Assembly: GCA_965112735.1 (NCBI GenBank) | Contig: OZ218952.1 | Span: forward strand, 4,464,001-4,528,000 | Source: Phaeosaccion multiseriatum | Lineage: Eukaryota > Protista > Ochrophyta, other classes | DNA: 64,000 nt | Direction: 5' to 3' | In this document: piece after piece, positions 23,301-36,266 of the stretch | How positions within the stretch are numbered: position 1 is the first letter of the stretch | Layout of the letters: each line of letters begins with the position of its first letter | The notes under the pieces: generated by a model | The model's database searches: none | Told to the model about the DNA's origin: nothing | What the model saw: only the letters and a program-made list of their open reading frames with translations | Position numbers and translations under genes: made by a program

Positions 23301-24541
23301 GGTAAGCACCGTCACGCCTGAGCAGCGAGACACTCAGCGACCAGAAAGGAGAGGGAGGAAGGAGGATGAGCAGGAGAAGGAGGGGAGGGAGGAGGAGGAG
23401 GAGGAGGAGGAGGAGGAGGAGGAAGGAGGAGGAGCAGGAGAAGGAGGGGAGGGAGGAAGAGGAGGAGGAGGAGAGGAGGAGAGGAAAGATCAGGTTGCAT
23501 GTATACTTGAGTCAGGAAACATGCCCTTCTCACGCACGCTGTTTCCTCTTCCTCCTCCTCTTCTTCTTCTTCTTCTTCTTCTTCTTCTTCTTCTTCTTCT
23601 TCTTCTTCTTCTTCTTCTTCTTCTTCTTCTTCTTCCTTCTTCTTCTTCTTCTTCTTCTTCTTCCTTCTTCTTCTTCTTCTTCTTCTTCTTCTTCTTCTTC
23701 TTCTTTCTCTTCTTCTTCCTTCTTCTTCTTCAGGTCAAGTACATTAACGCGCACGGGACCTCCACCCCTTACAACGACAAGTTCGAGACCATCGCACTCA
23801 AGAAGGCCTTTGGGGAGGAAGGGGCAAGCAAGCTTATGATCAGCTCCACCAAGGGACAGACGGGCCATGCTCTAGGGGCAGCGGGGGGACTCGAGGCTGT
23901 GATCTGCGCCAAGAGCATCCAAACGGTGTGTGTGTGAGAGAGAAATTGAAGGGAATTATGTACAAGGGAGGGGGAGAGGGCGAGATGGAGGGAGAGGGGA
24001 GAGGGAGGGGGGTAAGGAATGAGGGGGTGTGTGTGAGGGGGACTGATGGAAGGGGTGGGGGGAGAGGGAGGGGGTGAAGGAGAGATGATGAGCGGGATGG
24101 ACAGGGCACAAAGACAAGGAGTGGGGGGGGGGAGGACCAAACAGAAGGAAGGAGACACTCTTCTCTCTCCCTCCGAGCCCAGCCCTACTTGGTCTCCCCC
24201 CCCCCGACATAAAACTCTCACTCCAACTCTCGACTCTAACTCTCGACTGGACTCCTCTCCCTCTTCTCCCTACCCCTTCCTCCCCATCAACCTTCCCTTC
24301 TCACCCCTCTGTTTCGACTGCCCTCCACCCGTCTATCCACCAATCCATCCATCCATCCATCCATCCATCAAATTAGGGCGATATCCCGCCCACGATCAAC
24401 TTTGAGACTGCGGACCCGGACTGCGACCTCAACTACACGCCCAACAAGGCGGTGCATGGAGCGGACATAACGGCCGCCATCACAGAGAACCTCGGATTCG
24501 GAGGGCACAATGCCGCCCTGCTCTTCAAGAAGATGGTTTGA
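20303..24541 (+). CDS. fabF: Plastid 3-oxoacyl-ACP synthase II (KAS II/FabF), multi-exon
   Basis: Signal peptide ending AAA-F; [11 protein letters not shown]; catalytic Cys in VSACATG; [19 protein letters not shown]; His in YINAHGTST and [13 protein letters not shown]; C-terminal NLGFGGHNA. Confidence 0.95.
22088..22218. repeat. (CCT)n microsatellite in KAS II intron
   Basis: Long near-perfect CCT run. Confidence 0.9.
23548..23730. repeat. (CTT)n microsatellite forming the pyrimidine tract of a KAS II intron
   Basis: CTT run ending at the acceptor CAG|GTCAAG. Confidence 0.9.
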
Positions 24542-24694
24542 GTGTGAGTCTGAAACTCTCTCTCTCTCTTTCTCTCTCTTGTCTCCCTTTCTGACTCTCT
24601 CGTGGGGCTGGGGTAAGGCTGGGGCGCAAGGGCTGTATGACCAACTGCTGTGGTTGGGGCTGGAGCTTGGAGGCTGCGGGGCTGCAAGTGAAGG

Positions 24695-24733
<39 letters not shown>

Positions 24734-25626
24734 CGCACACAGGTTTTTAATTTTTAACTTAAAAGTTAATTTACGACTGTCTGCCTTTCCCCTCTCCTCC
24801 CGGGCTGCAAGAGTTAAGAGTTGCTTCACTGTGCTTCACTGTGTTCTCCGCCTCATGCTCTTGCTGCGCCCAAACTCCACCGCGCTACGTGTACACGGGG
24901 CGAGTGGGAGCGCTTCCGGAGGCGGACCCCGCGGGAATCCGTCACTCCACTCCTCCACCACACCACGCTCATGGACGGAGGACTGACGGATGATTCGCAC
25001 TGACTCGGTGACGCCCATCCGCACGACCCCCCCCCCGTGGACCCGTGAGCCTGCAGTCAGGCCTGCTCTCCTCTGGCCCTGAGGTCCCATTGCTTGGCAC
25101 TGCTCTGTCCCTGGCCCTGGTCCCCTTGCCACTTCTCTCCACCCTTATTCCTTATTCCTTATTCCAGTCTGGCTCTATTCTTTCCTTGTTCCAGTCTGGC
25201 TCTAATCTTTGCCCTGATCGAGTAGAACGCACCACCTCATCCGTTCTATCCACTCGTGAGCTTGTTGACGGATCGCCGCACCACCTCACCCTTTCTTGTT
25301 CTTTGTTCTCTGCTCCTCCGTTGTCCCCTTGTTCCTAAGCCTCACCGGCTCTGGGCCTCCTCCTTTGTCTTTCCCCCCAAGCCTTGGTGCAACCTTCGAA
25401 CTCTATTCTCCCCCCAAAGCGGCCCCAAAGCCCCTTATCGTGCCAACCCCTTCCAAAAAGGGTTCGGATGCAGCCGTTTCATCCGCCGTTTCATCACATA
25501 ATTATTGACGTCCTGGAACATCACCTTCCAAGAGACAGGCGCAAAGAAGGAAGAATAATGTCCCAGAGCCTGTGAAGTGAAATCACTCAGTCCGTGAAAG
25601 AGTGGCACAACACAATAAGTCAGACC

Positions 25627-28263
25627 ATGGAGCAGGTTGGTCGATTAGCAGAGAAAGAGAAACACATGAGGCAGCACACCAGCACCAGCTGCAGCAGCAG
25701 GACGAGGAGGATGAGCTGGAATATCGGTAAAAAAAGCTGGGGGAGTGAAAATCGTCGAGAGGGCCGGGGGCCTTTCCATAGGAGAGCAAAGAGTGCAGGA
25801 GACCTTCCAGAGGAGAGTCTTCCGGCGAGCACCATGGCGCCTGCCAGTGCGGGTGGGATTTTGGTGAAGAAGAGGAGTTACAGCTGCGTCCTATTGTGCC
25901 GGCTGCCGCAAGATGAGGCAGGGGAGGCACGTCCCTGTCAAGAGCCAGCGCGGGAGCAACAACAGCAGAAGCGGCGGCGGCGGCAGCGGCGGCGGTGCGT
26001 TGAGCAAGAGTGGACAACACGTCCCAGCTGTGAGACCAGCACCTTGAAGAGAGGGCCTGAGGAAGCTGAGCTTGACCTGCCAAGCAGTGCAAAAGCTGAT
26101 CGGAGCACCTCGACCTGGGACCTGACCCACAAGGCCGCAGCAAGCAAGAGGAGGAGGCTGTGCAGGCTGCTGGGGAAGGTGCCTGCAGAGCTCTGGAACG
26201 TCATCTTCGCTAACATGGACATTCCAGCACTGTACTCGCTCAACATGGTGTGCAGGGTAAGTGGAAAAAGAGAGGGAGGGGGAGGAAGAGAGCGGGAGAA
26301 CGGGTGGGAGGGGAGAAGAGAGAGGGGGACGGATGGAGGGAGGGAGGGTGTGTGTGTGAGAGAGAGCGCGTACGTCCCCTCTTTGTGGGTGGAGGGGGCG
26401 GCGAAACTTCCCCCCACGGGCGGGGGCGAGAGGGCCTTGCTTGTTCTACGTACTCCTCATGAAACTGTCGCCCCTTTTGATGAGCAGAAGCCGGCCGTTC
26501 CCCTCCCTTCCCTCCCCCTTCCTCCCTCAACGTCACTGACTGGCCTTGTCTCTCTCCCTCTCTCGCTCTGCTGCTGCTGTCACGTGTCTCCCTCGACCGC
26601 ACGACCCTCCTTACACGACAGGCGTGGGACGACCCTGACCACTACTTGTGGAGAGGCCTTTACCTCAAAACCTTTGGCTGTCTCCCTGAGGCCCATCCTT
26701 GTCTGTGGAGCTCCACTTGGAGGAAGGAGGCAGTGAAGCGCTGGGGCGGGGGAGGGGCGATCGACACGCTGTCCGACTTCTTCTGCGAGAAAGGTGAGAA
26801 CACGGTCAGCAGAGGAGCTGTGTGTATACGTTTGTGTATACGTTTGTGTATGTGTGTGTGTGTGTGTGCGTGTCTCCCTCTCCGCCTCTTTCTCTTTCTT
26901 CCTCCTCCCTCCCCCCGTCCCTCCCCACTCTCACTCTCCTCCCCTCCTCCTTCTCCTTCTCCCCCTCCAACTTTCCTCCCTTGGCGCTACTTTAACTGCA
27001 TCTCTCTCAGTCCTGGTAAGCGTTACGGAAGACCACCCAAACCCTTTAGCAGCAACAGCACCATCAAGTTCAAGCAGCGGAGGCGAGCGCGTTCGCATCA
27101 CCGATACGCCTGTGCCTCTCACGCCCGTCCGACACGGCGAAGTGTTCTATCATCATCCCCATCATCGTCAACATCAACATCAACAGCAGGAGCAGCAGCA
27201 GCAGTATCCCCACCACAACAGCACGGGCACCATGTACCAACACCACCACCAACCCTCGCACCACCCCCTGCACGAGCAACAGCAGCAGCAGTTGGTGATA
27301 CAGCAGCAGCAGGGGCAGCAGTTGGCGGTACACCACCACCAGCAGCAGCAGCAGCACCAGCACCAGCACCAGCAGCAGCAGCAGCAGCACCAGCAGCAGC
27401 AGCAGCAGCAGGGGCAGGGGCAGGGGCAGGCAGGGGTCGTTGTGCACATTCCTTCCACTGCCATCCGCGACCCCACGGCCCGCGAGCTCCAGGAGGTGGC
27501 GTTCAATGGGGATACAGTGAAGATTGTGACGCCAATTGCCATGGGGGTGGATCCGCCCACCAACATGCTCATGTCGGTAAGTCAGTGAGGGAGAAAGAGA
27601 GAGAGGGAGACAGAGAGCAGGCCTGATCGATCGATCGATACATCCACCGCATCTCACCCTTCTACTGACTCGAATATGCGAACACACCCTCATTCCTCAC
27701 CCCCACCCTTCCCATCTGCTGCCATCCCTTCCCTTCCCCTCCCCTCTCCCTCTGATCGCTTACTGTATCTGCTCGTGGCCCGCCCGCACCCACACCCGCA
27801 GGTTCACACCAGCGTATTCCGAAGCCCCAAGGGTTACTTTGACGTGCAGCTCCTCTCCAACTGTATGGCCCGAGCCGCTAACCTCAGTCTCCAGTCCATC
27901 GGCATGGTCAGCCCGCCGTCGTATTGCCTGCAACTGACCAATTGTCGCAAGACCCTCATGTTGACATGGTGCTACGATGTCAACACGACACCCGCTTGGT
28001 CTCCGTGGCGGCAGTACTCACTCATGGATCTGGAGCGCATGATTGGGAGGGATGGAGGAGGAGGAGGAGGAGGAGGAGGAGGAGGAGGAGGAGGAGGAGG
28101 AGGAGGAGGAGGAGGAGGAGGAGGAGGAGGAGGAGGAGGAGGAGGAGGAGGAGGAGGAGGCGAAGGAGGAGAAGGAGGAGAAGCAGCAGCGGCAGCTGCC
28201 GAGCCCTTCGCCGTTGGCGATCCTATTCACGGCCCGGGGGGGGGGGCAACAGGAGTAGCATGA
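25627..28263 (+). CDS. F-box protein with polyQ/H and polyG tracts, multi-exon (start uncertain)
   Basis: F-box-like LGKVPAELWNVIFANMDIPALYSLNMVCR|AW...LWRGLY; later exons joined at GT-AG sites; (GGA)n at ~28054-28160 gives a long polyglycine. Confidence 0.7.
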
Positions 28264-28706
28264 ACAGAAGGGCGGGAGGTGATGGAGAAGGAGGGCGGGA
28301 AGCAAGGAGGAGGGAGAGGGTAACACCTCATACGCAAACGGGCGAGGGGCAAGGGAGGTGTTTGGCGGGGCAGGGGGGGCATTGGCGCCGGATGGGGAGT
28401 GCTTTAATTAAACAAAAGGACAAGAGGGGGGGAGAGAGGGGGGAGGAGGCGTTATCGATAGGTAGGGAGAAGGGGGTCTGGGTATTATGTGTGGGTTTTA
28501 GATTGGTAGGGGAATAGTTTTCATCCTAAAGTGCCATCTATGATTGGTAGGAGACGGATCGGAGACGCGAGTGTTTCGACCTGCACGTACAAAATAAAAA
28601 GGAAGTATATACTCTCATTCGGGTTGGAAGGCTTTTCGTTTTGTTCTTTCTACCGTATGTATCACAATGTGTCGCCCCCGGTGAGCGCCTTGCGGACGTA
28701 AGCTGT

Positions 28707-28764
28707 GTCACCATATGTCACCATATGTCACCATATGTCACCATATGTCACCATATGTCACCAT
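28707..28764. repeat. 10-bp tandem repeat (GTCACCATAT)x~6
   Basis: Direct reading. Confidence 0.9.
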
Positions 28765-29808
28765 AGCTCGCCACTGCAGCGTTCGTGCCTTCCTTCGCCA
28801 ATGTGCTTCAATCAGCAGTCAGCAGTCAGGAAAAAGGAAATTAATATCGAACACCATGAGTGGGATGTCGAAGCCACTGACCAAAGGCGATGTCCGAAAA
28901 CGTGAAACTCAAATGGGAACGGTGGGGTGTAGTGCGCAAGGAATAATCGTATATGCAAAAGTGAGTTAAGTTATCCCAACCCTTCTCACACGAGGGGGGG
29001 AAGTGGTCCAACGATCAGGTGGGGAGAGAGGATAAAACTGAAACCGGAGTCATTCCGCCGCCCCCTCACTCAAGTGGAGTGAGCTGAGCCTGCTGCTCGG
29101 CGCTGTTCGGTCAGCGCGATTATTCACCAAATTCCATACCCCCCTCACATTCGCTCGTTCCTCCTCAACCTGAACACCCCCCCTCAGCTCTTAGCGAAGG
29201 TGAGCCCTCACACACTGCCCCCTCCGTATCTGCCACGCCAGCCATGCAGTTTCATGTTGGGAGTAATTCGGTCGGCTCCCCGCCAGCAGCCAACCGCCGA
29301 TTGCCAGCCTCCCGGCGCCGCAAATGTGTGGGTAGGTCGGTCACGCACAAGGCCCGGTCAAGGAGACGTGTCCTGCTGAGCTGAGGAGAGCCGCTCGTCT
29401 TGAGAGGGCAACAACCCCGCGTCTCTCGTCTCTCGCCCTTCATGTTGTGTTGGAGCACCAACAGCCCCGCGAGGAGGAGGAGGAGGAGGAGGAGGAGGGG
29501 TCCATACCGCCCTTCATGAGCGATTCCATGTATTCCAGCGCACATCCCCCCCCCGCAGAAATGAGAAACGCGTATGTCATCCCCCCCCCTCTTATCACAG
29601 GGAGCTGTGAGAAATGCAGCCAAAGCACCACATGATGCATGTGATGGTCTCTGGGAATGGTCCCTCCTCCTTGCCAGTCCAAGCGGCTCCACCGGTCGTC
29701 CTCTCCTCTTTCCGCCTCCTTCCCTCTGCAAAGACCTTTTGTGCATGCATGCCATGGTACAAGGCCGGCCACCACACCAAAAGAACTTTGGAATGACTCT
29801 CCTTCTTC

Positions 29809-32207
29809 TCAGCCTCGTAGGAACGACGTGTCGAACGATCGGAAGGAGGTGGACGACAACGACGCCGAGCTTCCTTCATTTCGAACTCCTGTGGCGCCGT
29901 ATGCTGGCACAAAGCGCCCACTTAGGGTATGGGCGGCGCTGAATGAGCTGCTGGCAGACCGGGCCTGCATGCACATTGTACATGAATCAAACGGGTTTCC
30001 GCGCAACAAAAGACAAACGCAACGAGGCGATAGTGAGCGAGAGTGGGCCTTCCCTTCAGTGAGGGTGCTTCTCTATTCCCCTCTCTCTCTCCCTCTAATC
30101 CTCTCTCTCTCCCTCTAACCCTCTCTCTCTCCCTCTAACCCTCTCTCCCCCCCTCTAACCCTCTCTCTCTCCCTCTAACTCTCTCTCTCCCTCTAACCCT
30201 CTCTCTCCCTCTAACCCTCTCTCTCTCCCTCTAACTCTCTCTCTCCCTCTAACCCCCTCTCTCTCCCTCTAACCCTCTCTCTCTCCCTCTAACGCCCTCT
30301 CCCTCCCTCTTACCCTCTCTCTCTCCCTCTAACCCTCTCTCTCTCCCTCTAACCCTCTCTCTCTCCCTCTAACGCCCTCTCTCTCCCTCTAACCCTCTCT
30401 CTCTCCCTCTAACCCTCTCTCTCTCCCTCTAACCCTCTCTCTCTCCCTCTAACCCTCTCTCTCCCTCTAACCCTCTCTCCCCCCCTCTAACCCTCTCTCT
30501 CTCCCTCTAACTCTCTCTCTCCCTCTAACCCTCTCTCTCTCCCTCTAACCTTCTCTCCCTCCCTCTAACCCTCTCTCTCTCCCTCTCTCTCTCTCTCCCT
30601 CTAACCCTCTCTCTCTCCCTCTAACCCTCTCTCTCCCTCTAACGCCCTCTCTCTCCCTCTAACCCTCTCTCTCCCTCTAACCCTCTCTCTCTCCCTCTAA
30701 CCCTCTCTCTCTCCCTCTAACCCTCTCTCTCTCCCTCTAACCCTCTCTCTCCCTCTAAACCTCTCTCTCTCCCTCTAACCCTCTCTCTCTCCCTCTAACC
30801 CTCTCTCTCTCCCTCTAACCCTCTCTCTCTCCCTCTAACCGTCTCTCTCTCCCTCTAACCCTCTCTCTCCCTCTAACCCTCTCTCTCTCCCTCTAACCCT
30901 CTCTCTCCCTCTAACCCTCTCTCTCTCCCTCTAACTCTCTCTCTCCCTCTAACCCTCTCTCTCTCCCTCTAACCCTCTCTCTCTCCCTCTAACCCTCTCT
31001 CTCTCCCTCTAACGCCCTCTCTCTCCCTCTAACCCTCTCTCTCTCCCTCTAACCCTCTCTCTCTCCCTCTAACCCTCGCTCTCTCCCTCTCTATCCCGCT
31101 TACCTGGTAGCGCTCCCCGGAAGAGCCCGTGAGGCTTGATCGCCGGGCCTTGCGAGTGAGGATGAAGATGATTATACTCGGCAGGATGTCCAGAAGTGCG
31201 CAGCAAATGGCATCCTCTGTGTACCTGTTGTCAACGAGAAGAGAAAGAGAAAAGCAAAGGGTATAGAGTCAGGGCGTGCGAGGGTATAGAAGAAAAGGAC
31301 CCATTAGCTGGCTGATTCCTCACCATGTCTTTACGTGCAATCTATCATAGGTCCCTCCTCTGCGAACGTTGACGGCGAAGAGGAGGAGGAGCACTCCTCG
31401 AGCAAAGAGCACGATCCAACACACCACGCAGAGAACGAGGATTCGCCGAAACACCTCCACCCTTCTCTGCGCCGCCATGGACGCCCGCACCCCAAAGTAG
31501 ACAAGGAAGACCAATACCGCGAGGTACGCCGTTCCACTTCCGTACAAGACGCCCTTCTGCACAGCAAGTGCAGCCGCCTCTCCTGGAGCGGTCAGCATAA
31601 AGACGCACACCGCCACAAAGGCGAGGTAGAGCAGGACCAGGCCCGACAAGAAAGCGGGGCGCAGCCACCGACTGTTGACCCCGATGGACGTGAAGTACAG
31701 CTGTGCCCACAGTAACCCCAGCAAGCTGTACGACGAAAGGAACATGATAGAGGGGAGCAGCCTGTAGATGGACTTCGGATCCATGTTCAAGATATCTCCC
31801 AGCAATACGCCTGCGCGAGCCAGACAGGAAAGCCCGAGAGCCCCCTGGACGATGGGCCTCATCTCTGCGCCAGGACTGCTGTTGCCTTTATAGACATCCT
31901 TGGCTTCCCAGAAGAGCAGAGCTGCCACAAGACAAAGCACCGAGATTTCAGGGCAGAGTACCCATTCAGCGATTGTCGCGCCGCTGCTCCTCCTTTCGTG
32001 ATGCATCTGAAGACAAGCACCGAGGCACCTGGAGCACACGTACAGGAGTGAGCCCTACGAGAGAGCCTGACGTCCGAGTCCCAGCTTGATCCCCTTTGGT
32101 TGGCGATCTTCGTTGACTTCCACAGCTGTTCCATCCATCCTCACGACAGAAAGAGAGCAGCCGACAAAAATACAAACAGCAGAGACAGGCAACAGCATTG
32201 AGGACAT
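29809..32207 (-). CDS. Multipass membrane protein, TOM1/THH1 (DUF1084)-like, about 4 exons
   Basis: Spliced model MSSMLLPVSAVCIFVGCSLSV|GSLLY...LPSIMFLSSYSLLGLLWAQLY...RRILVLCVVCWIVLFARG...W|YTEDAICCALLDILPSIIIF...Q|ARSASSSF; splice phases consistent; LP..F.S.YSLL.L.WA.LY resembles TOM1-family TM motif. Confidence 0.7.
30078..31090. repeat. ~1-kb minisatellite, ~20-bp unit CTCTCTCTCTCCCTCTAACC, within last intron of the TOM1-like gene
   Basis: About 50 units of 18-22 bp, varying in CT number, most containing CTAACCCT. Confidence 0.95.
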
Positions 32208-32506
32208 AAGTAGTAGTGAAAGTGTGGTAGGGAAGCGGATGACGGAGGTGCAAGCAGGGAAAGCTCCAATTTCCCCATCCTGCTCTTCACCTCAACAATC
32301 AACAAGGGCGAGCCCTCTCCGATGCTCTTCTTAGCTTTGTGACCGTTCTATTATCACAGACTTAGCCGCGCCCCAGGCCAGGCTGCGCAGGGCCCGTCGG
32401 GCCAGGAGAGGACTTAAACCTGCTATCGCCTACTCACGCCCACGCACTCTTGTGCGTGGGGGGGGGGCTTCACCAGGGCAAGTCTGAGGAAGATAGGGTA
32501 GCAGAG

Positions 32507-35500
32507 ATGGCCGCGGCGGGGCGGGGCATGCAAGACGTAGACGAGGAGGCGGAGAGGGGGAGGGGCTTCAGCGCCATTCTGTGTACTCTGTTCCCGGGCA
32601 TCCTGGACACCAGAGTGAAGGGAAGCACGGCTTTTCTCAGAGCAGTTGAGCGCTACGGCACCGCGGCCGAGTCGGCCCACAGAGGGGACCCATGCAGACT
32701 TGACATACCCAAAAGTCCCCCCATAGGTGTGGAGGTGGATCTTACAGGAGGGAGGCTTCTTCTGAATGCACTAGAGCCGGCCCGCTTCGGGGCTCTGGCG
32801 ATGAAAGAGAAGCTGTGCCTCCTCTGTGGCCTGGCCTCGCTGCTGGAGGGGGGGCTCTACGTTGTCGCTAGACTTCGCTGTGCCGTTGAAGGTGGCAGCG
32901 TCAATCAGGTTCTCTCTAAGCACGTCCTTGCGCTGTTGGACCACCATGGGAAGCAGCTGCAAGACCTCCAGGCGGCGGCGGAGGAGGAGGAGTCGAGCCG
33001 AAGGAGAGAAAACAGCAACAAACCCAGGCAACCACAACAGCAGCAGATGATGCAGCAGGAGGCGCTGCTCCTTCTTCTGGCGAGGGTGCTGGGCCTCTGG
33101 TGCAGCGCAGGGACGGACGTGAGGATGCTGAAAGGAGTGCTCCGCCGCCTCAGCGCGCCCTCCGTCCTGTCACGCCACCTCCTTGCGGCCCTGATTCTCA
33201 TGGTTGATGGCGTTGCAGAGCGCCACAACGCGAGCATGCGCCGCACCTCACTTCCCTCCACCCCGACTTCTGCGGGCTGCTCGAGGGACGGATGTAATGG
33301 TGGCAGCAGCAACAGCAGCAACAGCAGCGGTGGTGGGGAGCCGCACTGGCCCCGCCTCACCTCATTTGTAAATTTTGGCGGCAATGGTGCTGGCCTGACC
33401 CTGCCCCCACTAGACTGGCCCTTTGGCTCAGAGTATCAGGTGGCCATGTGGATACGCATTGAGGAGTTTCCGGGCAGGAAGAGGGGCGCGAGGAGCAGCA
33501 GGGCGCATTTGCTGCAGCTGGAGAACGCCGAAGGGTTGGGGGTTGACTTGTTCCTAGAGGTGAGGGAATGAGTGAGGGAGTGAGTGAGTGAGTGAGGGAG
33601 GGAGGGAAGAAGGGGGGGAATGTGAGAAAGAGTGAGGTAGGGATGAGAGGGGAGGGGAGGGAGGGATGAAGGGAGGGAGGGAATGTGAGAATGAGTGAGT
33701 GAGGGAAGGGAGGGAGTAAATGAGTGAGTAGGGCAGGCAGGCAGTATGTATAAAGGTGACGGGGAAGGTGTTGTTGTTGCTGCTGTGTGTTGTACTGTTG
33801 TTTTGTTGTTAGTTTATTGCTGTTACTGTCGTTTGTTGTGCCGTCCTCGTGATGCCTCCTTCCCTTTGCTCACACCCGAGTGGTCCTTCCCGCTTCACCA
33901 CAGGACCGTGATCTGTGTGTGAAAGTGACCACCGAGTGGAGGGGAGCGGACCAGGCCTTTGGCTCCACTGTTCTGGACCTGGGAGGCAAGAGGTAAGCAA
34001 GGCAACAGAAGGCAACAGAAGGCAACAGTTGTGGGTACAGTTCCAGAGCAATAGCCTCCTTCGCCTCTTCCATCAGACCCGCCGCCCTCCGAAAGAACGG
34101 CAGCTGTGAATAGGCCACTCCGAAAGAACGGCAGCTGTGAATAGGCCACTGGTCTCACTACCGCTGCCACCGGAACCACCTCCCCCCCCCCCCCCCACAC
34201 ACACACACGCCCGCACAAACACAAACACACACACTCAACTTCAACTTACACACACTCAACTTACTTTGATGCTCTGCTTGCGCTGCTGTTTTTCGTGTTG
34301 GATGGACGGATGGACGGATGCATCAACCACAGATTGAAGCGACACCGTTGGTACACGCTGGTCATCACCCACTCCCGCCCCGCCACCATGGACTTTTTCG
34401 GTCAGGACCAGTTCAAAGTGCACGTAGATGGGGACATTGCCTTCGACTCGTCGGCTTCGGGCTCCAACCAAGTGCCCTTCCCGAGAGGGCTCACTTCGAA
34501 AGGCCCCTTCGATGCGCACATCTGCAGGGGGTTGGATGGCCAGATTGGGGGCTTCTTTATCTTTTCGGCCGCAGAGAAGGTGGAGGACGTCCAGCAGACG
34601 CTGTGCCGATTGCTGCCGGACCAGTGGCAGTGGGGGGCGTCGTCCTCCGGGGAGTTTGGGCGGTGGCGTTCGCCGGGGGGTTCCTCTTCGTATTACTCTT
34701 CCTCTTCGTCGTCCGCTTCTTCCACCGCCAGCCGCCTGCTGAGCAAGAAGATTCTGCCAGCGAGCAAGGCGTCTCCACCCAAGATCTTTGCGGCGTACTT
34801 GCCCTCGCGCTTCAATCTCGACACCATGCTGGACGTGCACAACAGCCTGCACGCGACTATGGAGGGCCCTACACACGCATGGGCGTGGAGTCGCAACGCC
34901 GCGGAGCTGCTGACCAGTATTGGGGGGGTGTCTGCGCTGCTACCCATGTTTCGTCGGCTGTACGCCGTACCGGCCCCGCCGCCAGAGAGTGGCGCTACTC
35001 CTGCTGCTGACAGGAAGAAGAAGGAGGGGGTTGATGATGGTGATGCTGCTGACCGACCACCGCCACCACCAGCATCAGCATCAGCATCATCGTCTTCTTC
35101 ATCTTCTTCCTCCTCCCCCTCGTTGCCGGCCTACGAGAACAACAACAATAGCGGCAGCAGCAGCAGCAGCAACAAGAACAGGCCCTCGTTGGCTCTGCTG
35201 TTTGACGTGCTGGGTGCCTTTGTGTACGGACACATGGCGAACTCCATCGACATGTTGAGGTGTGGTGGGGCAGAGGTGCTCGAGATCATCCTCTCCAGTG
35301 AGGAGTGCATGGAGGTGTTGCAGAGGGAAGGGGTGGACACGGCCAAGGCTCTCGAGCGGCTTACCTTTGCATCCGAGACGCTCAGCTCCACCGCAATTGG
35401 TACAGCAGCAGGAGACCGGGGCGGGATGGAAAGCTTCGGCTTTGGTAGGAGCAGCAGCAGCGGCAGCAGTGGTGGTAGTAGTAGCAGCAGCAGCAGCAAC

Positions 35501-36197
35501 GGCAACGGCAGCAATGGCAACAGTGGTAATAATGGTGGTAACCACCACCTGGCCAGCCCCAGCAGCGTGGATGGGGCAGGCAATCGGTTGGACAAGTTGG
35601 GGGGGGAGGGCGAAGGGGTGACCCCCATTGAGGCGGAGATGCTCGTCAAGCTTCTGTGCAACTTTGAAGTGTGGAGCATGGCGTCGCCGGAGCTGCAATT
35701 TGCGCTTGCTGCCACGACCCTGGATGTGATGCGCATGCAAGCCCTTCGGTACAAGAAGGTGCTGCCGCTGCGTCTTCTTCTCCGAGCAGTGGACGTGCAC
35801 TACACAGAAGAGGAGCAGGAGGGTGAGGCGACTTGTGCCTCTCCCCTTGCCCCTGTTGACACAGAGGAGGAGAGGGGGGGGGGGGCAGCAGTTATTGATA
35901 CATCAGTTGGTGATCCAGCCGAGGCAGAGGAGGAGCCATGGAGAGTGATGCAGCCTCGAGAAGTGCGGCACATGCGGAGCTGTCTGCTCGCCATTGCCGC
36001 TGAGCTGCTGAGGGTAGAGACCACCGGGGAGGACATGGATGTGCTCCTTCAGATGCTGGCCACGTGCGAAGACGCGAAGGTCAGTCTCTCTCTCTCTGCA
36101 TCTCTCTCTCCGTCTCTTTTTGTCTTGTGTCTCCTCTCTCTGTGTGTGTCTCTCTGACTCTCTGTCTTTCTTCCACGTTGTCTGCACCCCTCTCCAA

Positions 36198-36266
<69 letters not shown>

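Noticed and set aside
21934-23937. Poly-L, poly-P, poly-F and poly-K ORFs
   Set aside because: Translations of intronic (CCT)n/(CTT)n microsatellites in KAS II.
14219-24541. SAT + GT-like + KAS II as a biosynthetic gene cluster
   Set aside because: SAT and KAS II look like ordinary plastid primary-metabolism enzymes; no ACP, PKS or tailoring genes nearby.
28531-28546. GTGCCATCTATGATTG matches the retroelement 3' UTR at 51324-51339 (15/16)
   Set aside because: Single short match with no tail, TSD or extension; cannot be separated from chance.
28707-28764. Regular short repeats (also 54360-54426, 59657-59992) as CRISPR-like arrays
   Set aside because: No unique spacers, no cas genes, eukaryotic context; simple tandem repeats.
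29252-30118. Overlapping 100-170 aa ORFs between the F-box and TOM1-like genes
   Set aside because: No recognisable domain; apart from the last TOM1-like exon they fit UTR or intergenic sequence.
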